From the NCBI RefSeq assembly GCF_001194135.2, contig NC_069003.1, forward strand, positions 9,879,401 to 9,943,400: DNA of 64,000 nt. The letters are read 5' to 3'. Each line of letters begins with the position of its first letter. Positions within the stretch are counted from its first letter, which is position 1. The stretch comes from Octopus bimaculoides. Its lineage: Eukaryota. The notes beneath the pieces were generated by a model. That model was not told the DNA's origin. It did not search any database and worked only from the letters and a program-made list of their open reading frames with translations. Below are positions 13,320-25,700 of the stretch, piece after piece. The position numbers and the translations under genes were made by a program.

Positions 13320-13680
13320 AGGTGATATCTGTACATATGTAGATTCCACTCACACATCTGAACATTTGCAAGAAGGACTTTCAAGAACTCAGGGTCAAAA
13401 TCACTTCGTTCTTCTCTAAGGTCATCATTGTTGATGACTTTAATACTAATACTCACAACTTTTCTTGGTTCTCACACTCATCTCATATTGATATGACTGG
13501 TGCAGAAACCAAATCTTTTAGAATTCTTAACTGACAACATCAACTAGTTTCATCATCTACATGCAACATTGACTGATACGCAAACACTCCAAATACCTTC
13601 GATTGCTACCAGAACATAGCCATCTCTGCACCTATCAGGTTGTCTGACCACTACCTTACTATAACTACCCCGCACCATAC
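13320..13680 (+). mobile_element. Decayed APE-endonuclease fragment of a non-LTR retrotransposon
   Basis: Same frame with 2 stops: VIIVDDFNTNTHNFSWFSHS..QLV..NTFD..APIRLSDHY (GDFN, QLV, NTLD, SDH motifs). Confidence 0.62.
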
Positions 13681-15176
13681 ATCCACATACTACATTATTC
13701 TCCCTCCACCTCCTGGACCCTGTGGCACCTCGTGTTAGCTGGCTGGCTGTATTCCACAACTTCTAGGCTATCTATCCTGAGCAAAACATCTCCTTCATCT
13801 TCGACCATTAGAAAGTGCTAGGAAGGTGAGTGAAATCCTCCTCTTGGGCATGTACTTCTACATTCAAAGATCTTGGATGCAAATCCTATATAAATATTTC
13901 TTATTTCTTTATTGCCCACAAGGGACTAAACATAGAGGGGACAAACAAGGACAGACAAAGGGATTAAGTCGATTACATCGACCCCAGTGTGTAACTGGTA
14001 CTTAATTTATCGACCCTGAAAGTCGACCTTGGCGGAATTTGAACTCCTCTATAAATATTTCATTAAGTATTTTAGTAGTAAATAATCTATGTGCTTTGTT
14101 GGTATTTAGTTACAAGTAGACTAGTCTGTTCTGTTAAGCACTTCACTCCATATTGGAATGTAGGTCATCTACAACTTTTTTCCAATGTTCTCATCTTTGA
14201 TCTATACATTGTCTCCTATTTATGATTCGCTGGAAGAATGCCTTCCTTTCCTAGATCATATATATTTGAATTGTCGTTGATGCTTCTGTAACTTTGTTCT
14301 TTTCTAGGTAGAGGTGTTGGTCCTCTGCAAATATCAATGTAGTCCATATTAGTCAGGCCACTATACTTTGACATGTCCAGCATGGCATAACTCTAAGGTC
14401 ATTGAGGTACATAAGCGACCACATTACCACAAGGACTGAACCTAGGCAGATTAAAAATACTGGCACATGATCCGAGCAACAGAACAGCCTGCTCGTGACA
14501 TTAACATGCAAGTGACTGAGCACTTCACAGGCAACCATACACATGACAATTTCTCAAAGAGATTCAGAGTGACACAGAATGTGACATGGTTAGCCCTTTG
14601 AATTACAGATACAACTCATTTTTGCTAGCTGAATGGACAGAAGAAACATGCAATAAAGTGTCTTACTCAACCAGGTGTTGAACTCAGGACCCTGTGATAT
14701 TGAGCTGAATACCTTAACCATTAAGCCAAATACCTTCACTGTCTAAGTAGATTAGATCAAAGCTATACCAGCCTTGATCATCCTTTCTTTACTTTATCTT
14801 TCTTTCTTTCTTTTCTTCTTTTTTTTTTGTAAATTCCAGTAGATAAAGAAGAAAAATCAATGTGAAGTAGACAAATAACATTTTTATATCAATTACAAAT
14901 GATTAACATAGTAATTGACTCAACAGAAGCAATTTAATTACAGCCCTAGCTTTTTTCCTTTTCTTTTTTTCTGCAGCAATGTTAGAGTTCCTAGAAGACA
15001 ACATAATCACAGTTAAACTTTACTGATGAGAAATTTCCTCTGGTGAACTATGTTCAACTGTGATTGTATTACCCTGCAGTGTTATATTACTAAACCCATT
15101 ATCCTGTCTCTAACTGCCCACAGGCCAGTACAACCAAGGTTTCGCTCTACTATTTGGTTTTATTTTCTGCTTTGTA

Positions 15177-15345
15177 GTCATCATCATCATCATCATCATC
15201 GTTTAACGTCCGCTTTCCATGCTAGCATGGGTTGGACGATTTGACTGAGGACTGGTGAAACCGGATGGCAACACCAGGCTCCAATCTAATTTGGCAGAGT
15301 TTCTACAGCTGGATGCCCTTCCTAACGCCAACCACTCAGAGAGTG
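15177..15345 (-). mobile_element. Retroposon family C with (GAT)n tail (RTE-type 3' end)
   Basis: ..GCATGGAAAGCGGACGTTAAAC(GAT)n. Near-identical copy at 795-924; others at 5340-5560, 10900-11100, 21835-21992, 25280-25430, 26570-26810, 28380-28540, 29860-30150, 36375-36450, 54980-55250, 59420-59640, 62640-62780. Confidence 0.8.
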
Positions 15346-16499
15346 TGGTTGACGTTAGTCTACTTATATATTTGCTATTTCATATTAGGAATGACTGAGT
15401 AGTTGAGAAACTTGCTTGTGAACCATAGGGTCTTGGATTCAGTTTCACAGCACAGAACTTTGGTCGAGTGTCTTCTGCTATAGCGCCAGGCTGACTAATG
15501 CCTTGTGAGTGGATTTCTTGGAACTAAACAATTATCATATGTATGTATGGATGGATGGATGGATGGATGGATGGGTGTGTGTGTGTCAATGTCTCGACAT
15601 TGTATTGTGATAACCTCAAATGTGTGTCAGCATCAGAGAAGTGATCTCCTTTGTTTTTGATTTCTGTGAAAATGTTACCTTACTTGGAAATAGGTGAAGG
15701 ATAGGAACAAAAAGAGCATCTGGTCGTGGAAAACCTATTTCAATGAATTCTATCTGCTTCATTCAAGCATGGAAAAGGAACATCAAAACGATTATGGTGA
15801 CGATTATATANNNNNNNNNNNNNNNNNNNNNNNNNNNNNNNNNNNNNNNNNNNNNNNNNNNNNNNNNNNNNNNNNNNNNNNNNNNNNNNNNNNNNNNNNN
15901 NNNNNNNNNNNNNNNNNNNNNNNNNNNNNNNNNNNNNNNNNNNNNNNNNNNNNNNNNNNNNNNNNNNNNNNNNNNNNNNNNNNNNNNNNNNNNNNNNNNN
16001 NNNNNNNNNNNNNNNNNNNNNNNNNNNNNNNNNNNNNNNNNNNNNNNNNNNNNNNNNNNNNNNNNNNNNNNNNNNNNNNNNNNNNNNNNNNNNNNNNNNN
16101 NNNNNNNNNNNNNNNNNNNNNNNNNNNNNNNNNNNNNNNNNNNNNNNNNNNNNNNNNNNNNNNNNNNNNNNNNNNNNNNNNNNNNNNNNNNNNNNNNNNN
16201 NNNNNNNNNNNNNNNNNNNNNNNNNNNNNNNNNNNNNNNNNNNNNNNNNNNNNNNNNNNNNNNNNNNNNNNNNNNNNNNNNNNNNNNNNNNNNNNNNNNN
16301 NNNNNNNNNNNNNNNNNNNNNNNNNNNNNNNNNNNNNNNNNNNNNNNNNNNNNNNNNNNNNNNNNNNNNNNNNNNNNNNNNNNNNNNNNNNNNNNNNNNN
16401 NNNNNNNNNNNNNNNNNNNNNNNNNNNNNNNNNNNNNNNNNNNNNNNNNNNNNNNNNNNNNNNNNNNNNNNNNNNNNNNNNNNNNNNNNNNNNNNNNNN

Positions 16500-16567
<68 letters not shown>

Positions 16568-17433
16568 TATGGCTGCCTGCTGTGAAGGCACATGGTTCAG
16601 TGGTTAGCGTGTTGGGCTTACAACTGTGAGGTAGGGAGTTCAATTCATGAACTGGGTTGTGTATTGTGTTCTTGAGCAAGACGCTTTATTTCACATTGCT
16701 CCAGTTCACTCAGCCGTAGAAATGAGTTGCGATGTCACTGGTGCCAGGCTGTATCAGCCTTTGCCTTCTCAGTGGTGTGGAAAGGGGAGACTGATAAGCA
16801 TGGATGGTTGCTGGTTTTCCATAAATGACCTGACCTTGCCTGGATTTTTGTGCTTTGGAGGGAAACTTTCTAGGTGCAATCCCATGGTCATTCATAACCA
16901 AAGGAGGTCTTTTTACTATATATGTAAATAGATTGCATGAATTAAGTAGCCAGTGATTGTGAGACTTTGCATGTCAGTGTTGTGAGACTTGATGCAAGTG
17001 AGACTAAGTAGCTTGACTACTGATCACATAAGTTCAAACCTTTCTAGGGTTGTATTGTATCACAAAATGTATCACCTTATGTCAGCTCACTTCAGGCTTG
17101 CCTAACTGAAAAGAAATAAGTTCATTTTATGGTCAAACTATTAACCATGAAAAAAAATGACAGTCAGCAAAGTGGGAGCAAAAAAATAGAACTAGGTACA
17201 ATATTATGCAAATATTATATATTTGTGAATTCACATGAAACATTCTATTTGTACTTTCAGAGAAAAAACAAAAATGAATAAATAAAAAAAAAAGCAAAAA
17301 CAAAAAAAAAACAAAGTTAAACATTATCCATAATCAAGAGATATTCATCAGTATCAAATAAGCATACTGATATCAAGCCAACAATATTAAATTCACCAAT
17401 ATATGAATTGATATCTAATCTTAATGACCTACA

Positions 17434-18088
17434 GGATCTATTTCAAAACGGGGACACCAGTATTTTCTTAACGAAACACTAACGAAACACTTTGAAACTT
17501 GGGACACTGGTAGAATGTGTCATATAAAACATCTTTTACTCTTAGTTTTCTTAACAAAAAAACGTACATCGCAAGTTATTCCATGTTAAAGTTGTCGTAT
17601 TTCTGTAATTTCAACCAATCACTGACATCTATTCAGCTGAATAGAGTTACTGCTGGGCGGTCATAAAAATGTTATTCCCTGTGACATATTTCATCCGGTT
17701 TAATCGTAATTTATACGCATATATTGTTTATATAATAAATTACGCTGTGCGTATCTATGTGTGTAACAATTTTAGAGTTCGGATTCTAGAGTTAGGGTTA
17801 GTTTTAGGGTTAGGGTTAGGGTTAACAGTCTAGTTAGGATTAGGGTTAGGGGATTAATACGATATACACCGTTACAGCGCTAACTGTTTTCAACTGAATA
17901 GACGTCAGTGATTAGTAGAAATTATCGAAATAAGACAATTTTTTACATGAAATAAATTCAAATACAAAAATGTCTTCCTGTTCTATAACACAAAATAGAT
18001 AAGTATACGAAGTTTGAAAGTCTTTCGGTACCAAAAACACTACATAAAACATAAATGAAAACTGGTGCCCCCGTTTTGAAATAGATCC
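17434..18088. mobile_element. Non-autonomous DNA transposon with GG..CC termini and 8-bp TSD (Merlin-like MITE)
   Basis: 28-bp TIR GGATCTATTTCAAAACGGGG(A/G)CACCAGT with one mismatch; perfect TSD GACCTACA at 17426-17433 and 18089-18096; no ORF. Confidence 0.8.
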
Positions 18089-18167
18089 GACCTACATCCC
18101 ACTGAAAGATGAAAGGCAAGGTTGACCCACAGCAGGATTTGAAAAGAAGATAAGGAGTTGTTATTAA

Positions 18168-18353
18168 CCTTTTTGATTATAACCCACCTGAGACTGCCCC
18201 TGACTGTATGATACAAAGTCTGTTTTAAAGGGATATAGATTAAAACCGATTAAAACTTATGTTAATTCATGTTCCAAATTAATGTTCCAAACTTCAGCTT
18301 AATAACAAACAACAAAGCTATTTTGCTAAATTCTTCACTAGTTTTAAAATTAA
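18168..18353. mobile_element. Left part of an older TTAA-type (piggyBac-like) MITE split by the piggyBac; right part at about 20616-20670; second partial copy at about 20700-20829
   Basis: Starts ttaaCCTTTTTGAT; the uninterrupted partial copy at 20700-20829 (ending GGTAACAAAAGGG-TTAA) aligns across both sides of the insertion point. Confidence 0.62.
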
Positions 18354-20611
18354 CTCTTTTAAAACGTTTGACGCAAATTTGCACACGCAATGTACATGCT
18401 TTAAATCAGTCAAAGTAATTATACGCCGCCTACTTAGAACCTGTCACCTGAGTTAGCACTGGTCCACCTGCCATCTGATAGGCTGATTAGATGTTTCATG
18501 AAAATATTTACAACCCGATAGACTGATCCTGCCACTCAGGTTCTGTCAACATCATCATCACATCCTGTTTTGTCAAATTTATGGTCATCACGCCAAGCTA
18601 CATCAAGCTCCACCACTTCACCAGTTGTTTCTTCCGATTCCAATGATGACTCGGAGAGTGAGTGTTTTCCTAGTTCAGAATCAGGTGTTTCTGCTAGCAA
18701 TGATGATATTCCAGTAAATTAAAGGTAGAGACGAGCAGCATTGAATGGTCCTGGACAACAGAATATCGTGTGGCAAGTGAGAGACAATTTTGTCCAACGG
18801 CATGTGTTTACTGGTACACCTAGCATAAAGACAAACCTTGAACATGGAAGTTCACCACTGGAAATTTTCCACGAGTTTTTGATGGATGAAATGTTCCAAT
18901 ATATAGTGGACGAAACAAATGACTATGCTGAAAACCATCCCCAGCGCATCAGACCCGGGCATGGCGGTGATTGGTTTCCAACCACAGGGGATGAAATCAA
19001 AGTTCTGCTTGCCTTGTTGATACTGATGGGCATCATGAAGACACCAACCCTGGTGTCATATTGGAATTGGGGTCCAGCCATGTCGATACCTTTCTTTCCA
19101 GAAACAATGCCACGTGATCAACTTTTGGTGCTTCTTTGAAATCTACATTTCAACTCAGGTGAGAACCAGGATGACAGGCCGCACAAAATAGTCCTATCAT
19201 TGACGAAGTGACTGAAAATTCTGGAACAGTGTATGTCCCCACACAGGACATTATTTATAGATGAGAGTTTGTGGAAATTCAAGGAAAGGCTCAAATTCAA
19301 ACAACACAACCCAGCCAAATGTGTCTGCTTTGGAGTCAAGGTTTATCAAGTATGCCAGTCAACTGACAGAGCCTGTGGGTACACGTGGAATTACAAAATC
19401 TACACTGATCAGGACAGATTGGATCTTCCAGCATCTACACTAGCATCAAATGGTGTGATGTTGTCGCTGAATGAAAACTTGTTTGACAAAGGCTACAATA
19501 TTTATATGAACAACTGGTTTTCCAGTCCAGAACTCTTCCTGAAACTGCAGGTGAGGAGGACTAATGCCTGTGGGACTGTGAGGACACACAGGAAAAACAT
19601 GCCACCCAATCTGCACAAGATAAAACTTCGAAAGGAAGAAGGAGCATATCAATGCACCGATAGTGGCATTCTCACTTTAGTGTAGTGTGACAAGAAAAAT
19701 GTCTGCATGTTATCCACACTACATTCTGCAAGCATGAAGGACACTAGGAAACAAGATGCGGATGATAATGCCATAATGAAACCAAGTGCAGTTATTTCAT
19801 ACAATGAAAAGACAGGTGGGATCAATTGCTTAGATCAGCTGGCAATGACACACAAACTGGTGAGAAAATTTGTGAAATGGTACAAAAAACATTTTCTTGT
19901 CATATAGTTGACATGTGTGTCATGAACTCACATTTGATTTGGCAGATGCTTCGCAGTGTGGAGGATGGATTGACATTCTGGAATCTATTGTTCCACAAAA
20001 TGATAAAAGCATCAGACCTGCCAAAGTACTGAACATATGGACGTCCCATGCCGGACTCTCTCCTCATTGCACGGTAAGGATCTTTTCCACAACTGTTTCC
20101 CCCCATCCCCAAGAAGACAAATGCTTCAAAGAGATGCACAGTATGTAAAGCAAAAGGGAAATGTAAGCAAACTAGATACTATTGTTCACAATGTGATATG
20201 CCACTGTGTGTGGTACCCTGTTTTGAACTCTACCACACTAAAATTAATTTTTGAATTCATGTGATTGTAAATACATGAAGTTGATCTGACTTGTGCAGTC
20301 AAGTGACCTTATTTAGGAATAATATCACATGACCATCCTGCACATGGACTTAGTTTAGGTAGATAAATAGTACTTGCACTAAAGCGGTTGACGTAAATAT
20401 ATGCCGAATGTTATCTGACAGTGAGTGCTAATCTCAATCAGCGAGATTACCGTTGCAGTGCAAAGGCAACCAAATGAATTACTGCCGTAAACTGGTTAAA
20501 ACAGTTGATGTAAATATACTCTGAACCATTGTCGTGTGCTAATTGCTGGTCTCAGCCGAGATGATTACAATGCAACCTAGTTGCTTGATAAAAAAGAACG
20601 TTTTCATGGTG
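18354..20611 (+). mobile_element. Decayed full-length piggyBac transposon (2258 bp) in HS1BP3 intron 1
   Basis: TTAA at 18350-18353 and 20612-20615; degenerate 15-bp TIRs CTCTTTTAAAACGTT / AACGTTTTCATGGTG (11/15); internal transposase remnants. Confidence 0.82.
18741..20245 (+). pseudogene. piggyBac (PGBD4-like) transposase pseudogene
   Basis: Motifs FTGTP, FLMDE..IVDETNDYA, LILMG, YW, MPRD..LL*NLHF, IDES, FGVK, YMNNWFSS, ACGTVR..RK, YNE..GGINCLDQ, KWYKK, and C-terminal TRYYCSQCDMPLCVVPCFELYHT; in-frame stops at 19137-19139 and 19683-19685 plus frameshifts. Confidence 0.9.
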
Positions 20612-21276
20612 TTAAATGAGACAAAGGAAAGGCAGTGTTTTTTCAACCAATAAATGGTAACAAAAGTGTTGAAACAATCAAAATAAAGCTTTTCATCTAA
20701 ATTTCATGTTCATTTATGTTCCAACACCAGTCTGATAACAACAAAACTGTTTGACTAAATTTTTTATTATTCTCAACATTATCAGAAACAAAGGCAGTGT
20801 ATTTCAACAGAAATGTGGTAACAAAAGGGTTAAAGACTACATAGAGAAGGGCATTTTGTCCACCGCTCTTATGATTCCACCATTCCATAGCCTATTTCAT
20901 ACTATTTACAATCTGCAATGAATGTTTTATTTTCAATGACATTTTGAACCACACAAAGTCATACTCCTGTTTTATTAATTCTAATTGGCTCAAAGAAAGA
21001 GAAACAACAAATTAGTCACGTGCATGACTGTACCAAGAAAATGACATTTATTTATAAATTACATAGATATTTGTTTTACTTTCTCTACTCTTCAAACCAC
21101 CAATAGTAACCATAGTGAGTTTTGTCAAGCTGTTTTGATTTATGAAAGACATAAACAAATACCAGGTTATGATCTTTTGGTCCACAACTGCCCTAGAGAA
21201 AACCTACATTGCAGAGGATGGGGTGCTAGATATAGTAGCTGCTAGATATAGTAGCCAAATCTTCCTCAGATTATGC

Positions 21277-21517
21277 CAGTGTTTCTCAACCAGTTTTTAC
21301 CTGTGGACCCCTTTGATCCCTATTTTATTCAGATGGACCCTCATGACCATTCGATGTTTAAAAAATCCTATTATATTTTTATAATTAAATATTATTAGGA
21401 ATTGTATAAAAAAAAATACAAATTACTAAAATATTTTGTGTATTGCAGAAGTATAACCAATTTCTTGCCCATAAATTTTTAACAAAATCTTATATGAACC
21501 CCAGTTGAGAACCACTG
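21277..21517. mobile_element. hAT (Charlie-like) MITE; related partial copy at about 30192-30432
   Basis: TIR CAGTG(T/G)TTCTCAAC 13/14; internal sequence shared with 30192-30432. Confidence 0.62.
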
Positions 21518-22765
21518 AATTACACACCCTGATATTTTTAAATAAAGAAAAGCAGTGAATAATAATATAATCTGGGGCAGAAAATGCCTAAAAAAAAAAA
21601 ACAAAGGTAAAAATGGTATAGCTGANNNNNNNNNNNNNNNNNNNNNNNNNNNNNNNNNNNNNNNNNNNNNNNNNNNNNNNNNNNNNNNNNNNNNNNNNNN
21701 NNNNNNNNNNNNNNNNNNNNNNNNNNNNNNNNNNNNNNNNNNNNNNNNNNNNNNNNNNNNNNNNNNNNNNNNNNNNNNNNNNNNNNNNNNNNNNNNNNNN
21801 NNNNNNNNNNNNNNNNNNNNNNNNNNNNNNNNNCACGTAAAAACACCCACTACACTCTCGGAGTGGTTGGCGTTAGGAAGGGCATCCAGCTGTAGAAACT
21901 CTGCCAAATCAGATTGGAGCCTGGTGTAGCCATCTGGCTCACCAGTCCTCAGTCAAATCGTCCAACCCATGCTAACATGGAAAACGGACATGATAAATTT
22001 TTAACAAAATCTTATATGAACCCCAGTTGAGAACCACTGAATTACACACCCTGATATTTTTAAATAAAGAAAAGCAGTGAATAATAATATAATCTGGGGC
22101 AGAAAATGCCTAAAAAAAAAAAACAAAGGTAAAAATGGTATAGCTGATTTATCTTTTGATCATGTGTCTCCCAGGGCGGGTCTAACTAGGGGCTATACAA
22201 TAATAACAATATCATTCCCAAGCATTATTTCTCAGTGGATTAGTAACTTTTGTTTGGATAATTCTCCCAAGAATGACACTGTCATAACATTCATTTCATT
22301 TTTGACATTGTTTTTTTTTTATTAGAGATGTCACATGAGAAAAAGTACACTGATAGTGATTCCTAATATAGGCTGGCTGTGTGGTAAAGAAGTTTACTAC
22401 ACAACTATGTAAGCTTTAGGTTTAATTTCATTGCGCAGTAATCAGGAGAAATGTTGTCAACAAGTCTCTTGTGAGTGAAAGTTGATAGTTAAAGAAATAG
22501 TGTGTGCACCCTCACAAACCCATGCACCCACACACACACGTGCACATTACATAAAAGATAATTTTCCTAAAGCAGAAACTTTCAATAACATACATACACA
22601 TACATTATACATGTGTGACTGTGTGATAAGAAGCTTGCTTCCCAATCACATGATTCTGGTTTCAGTCACAATGCATGGCACCTTGGGCAAGTGTCTTCTG
22701 CTACAGCCTTGGGCCAACCAAAGCCTTGTGAGTGGATTTGGTTAATGGAAACTGAAAGAAGCCCA

Positions 22766-22801
<36 letters not shown>

Positions 22802-22910
22802 NNNNNNNNNNNNNNNNNNNNNNNNNNNNNNNNNNNNNNNNNNNNNNNNNNNNNNNNNNNNNNNNNNNNNNNNNNNNNNNNNNNNNNNNNAAAAAAAAAG
22901 AAAGAAAAGA

Positions 22911-22943
<33 letters not shown>

Positions 22944-23450
22944 AATTTAAAACAATTTGGCTCAGTTCCATGCAACTTAAAGTTATGCAGGCCTTTATCA
23001 GAAACCCGTCTCTTTCAGGCTTAGTATGTCATTATTCAGTTTATTTCAAGATTTTTTGCCAATAGAGAAAGAGCCGGTTTCTAACCAAGATCCAAGGCTC
23101 CTTCATTGGAATTTCAACATCAACAACAAGGTATTTTTGTATGTATGCAGCTATGTATACGTGCAGATTTGTATGTCTTCTCATACATATGCTCGCATAT
23201 CTAGACTTGCTCATATATACTTAAATGATAAGCATGTATGTATGTATGCATGTATGTATTATATGTAAGAATGTTAATCTTTCAGAAGTGATAACTATTA
23301 ATATTATTACAAGAAACATTTGGACTCCATACTTGAAACACTTTGTCAACTGATAGGCTTAACATAACCTTTACACTTACATTATCTAAAATGACAAAAT
23401 ATTAAAGCATAAGTTTTATTTATTCATTTATTTATTTATACGCCCTTTTT

Positions 23451-23727
23451 TTAAAACCTAGCCAGGCTCATGGGCCCGGTTTCCCAGTTTCTATGGCGTA
23501 TGTGTTCCCCCCCCCCCCCAGCTGGACGGTACACCAGTCCATCGCAGCTTTACTCAAGAAACAGGAAGAAAGAGTGAGAGAAAGTTGGCGCGAAAGAGTA
23601 CAACAGGGTCGCCACCACCCCCTGCTGGAGCCTCATGGAGCTTTTTAGGTGTTTTTGCTCCCGGTCTGAGAATCGAAACTGCAATCCTCCAACTGCGAGT
23701 CTGCTGCCCTAACCACTGGGCCTCCAC
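23451..23727 (-). mobile_element. GC-rich tRNA-derived SINE (family F), single copy in window
   Basis: CCAGTGGTTAGGGCAGCAGACTCGC..GTTTCGATTC head; 3' GCGATGGACTGG..CCGTCCAG and GCCATAGAAACTGGGAAACCGGGCCC blocks. Confidence 0.6.
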
Positions 23728-24723
23728 AAAGCATAAGTACTGAATGTAAAACTCGCTTTCCTTCCACACCATCTTTTAAATCAGACCACATTACCATTTA
23801 CTTGTATCTTTTATCTTTTCCTGGTTTCATTCATTGGACTGCAACCATGCAGGGACAATGCCTTGAAGTGTTTAGTCCAACAAATTGAGCCCCAGTGCTA
23901 TTTTTTTTTTTTTTTTTCAAAAGTCTGATACTTATTCTATTAGTTTCTTTTGCCAAACTGCTAAGTTATGTGAACATAAATAAACCAACACTGGTTGTCA
24001 AGGAGTAGGGGAGGACACACACCACACACACACACACACACGCGCTCATATATATATATTCAACACATTCTCCATCTACCAAATTCACTCACAAAGTATT
24101 GGTCACCTTGCAGCTATAATAGAAGACACTTGCCCAAGGTGCCCAGCAGTGGGACTAAATTGAACTCAAAACCACATGGTTACAAGGCAAACTTCTTAAC
24201 CACACAGCCATATAGCCATATAGTGAGATTTATTCATTTCAGTTTTATTTATTTATTTATTTATTTATTTAATTTGTTTAACATGTAATAGCAATAAAAA
24301 ATATAATCCAATTATACACTTAGAGCAAATAAGGAACACATTTTTTTTATTCATTAAAAAAAAATACCGTTGTAATTTCTCATATGGGACATGGTAAATG
24401 GGTCACTAAAAAATACTGTAGTCTTTCTCTCCTTTCCCTTGATACCTTAAGCATGTGCTTATATTGTTTTATTGGTTAATCAGGGAACGACTTTAAATAT
24501 ATATTTTATACTACCAAAAAACAAAATAAATGTTAAATCCATACACATATATTTATACATATATATAATGACAATGATGATGATGATGGTTGTAATGATA
24601 ATACATACATTACACCCTCCCCAACTATTATCGTTTGTGTAGAAAATTTAAAGACATTCTATTTTGCATTGTATTCAGTTATTCTGATTTCTGCATGTTC
24701 AGCAGTACACACACATGCATGCA

Positions 24724-24755
<32 letters not shown>

Positions 24756-25243
24756 NNNNNNNNNNNNNNNNNNNNNNNNNNNNNNNNNNNNNNNNNNNNN
24801 NNNNNNNNNNNNNNNNNNNNNNNNNNNNNNNNNNNNNNNNNNNNNNNNNNNNNNNNNNNNNNNNNNNNNNNNNNNNNNNNNNNNNNNNNNNNNNNNNNNN
24901 NNNNNNNNNNNNNNNNNNNNNNNNNNNNNNNNNNNNNNNNNNNNNNNNNNNNNNNNNNNNNNNNNNNNNNNNNNNNNNNNNNNNNNNNNNNNNNNNNNNN
25001 NNNNNNNNNNNNNNNNNNNNNNNNNNNNNNNNNNNNNNNNNNNNNNNNNNNNNNNNNNNNNNNNNNNNNNNNNNNNNNNNNNNNNNNNNNNNNNNNNNNN
25101 NNNNNNNNNNNNNNNNNNNNNNNNNNNNNNNNNNNNNNNNNNNNNNNNNNNNNNNNNNNNNNNNNNNNNNNNNNNNNNNNNNNNNNNNNNNNNNNNNNNN
25201 NNNNNNNNNNNNNNNNNNNNNNNNNNNNNNNNNNNNNNNNNNN

Positions 25244-25280
<37 letters not shown>

Positions 25281-25435
25281 CATTATTTAACATCTGTTTT
25301 CCATGCTGGAATGGGTTGGATGGTTTGACAGGAGCTGGTCAGCTGAAGAACTGCCCAGGCTCCAATAGTCTGTTTTGGCAGAGCTTCTATGGCTGGGTAC
25401 CAACCACTTTACATAGTATACTAGGCCCTTTTACA

Positions 25436-25700
25436 TAGCACCAGCACAGTGCTCTTATGCGGAACTGGTACAGATGTTTGTATGCAGCACTGGAACGGCA
25501 CTGGGTGCTATTATACATCCTCAGCATGGGTGCCATTACATGGCACCAGCACAGGTGCTTTTATGTGGCACCAACACGGGTGCTATTACATGGTACCAGC
25601 ACAGGTGCTTTTGCACAGCACCAACATAGGTGCTTTTATGTGGCACTGACATGGGTGCCTTTATGTGGCACCGGCACAGGTGCTTTTATGTGGTACTAAC
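25436..25700. repeat. About 25-bp minisatellite (GGCACCAGCACAGGTGCTTTTATGT)n, roughly 10 degenerate units
   Basis: Contiguous units with no unique spacers, inside a family C element. Confidence 0.8.

Noticed and set aside
15694-16679. Longest ORFs in the track (150-311 aa), also at 848, 24635, 39591, 44631, 53673
   Set aside because: They run through N gaps (poly-X) and are artefacts.
17792-17851. True telomere or chromosome-fusion scar
   Set aside because: Short, degenerate, single orientation, and enclosed within a TIR/TSD-bounded element inside an intron.
18741-20245. Domesticated PGBD gene or HS1BP3-piggyBac fusion exon (CSB-PGBD3-like)
   Set aside because: Antisense to HS1BP3, with multiple stops and frameshifts and two catalytic Asp lost.
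21472-22146. About 150-bp exact direct repeat 21472-21625 / 21993-22146
   Set aside because: One copy ends exactly at an N gap; most likely a scaffolding/gap-fill overlap rather than a real duplication. Long reads would settle it.
25436-25700. Palindromic about 25-bp repeats resembling a CRISPR array
   Set aside because: No unique spacers, degenerate units, eukaryotic context, no cas genes.
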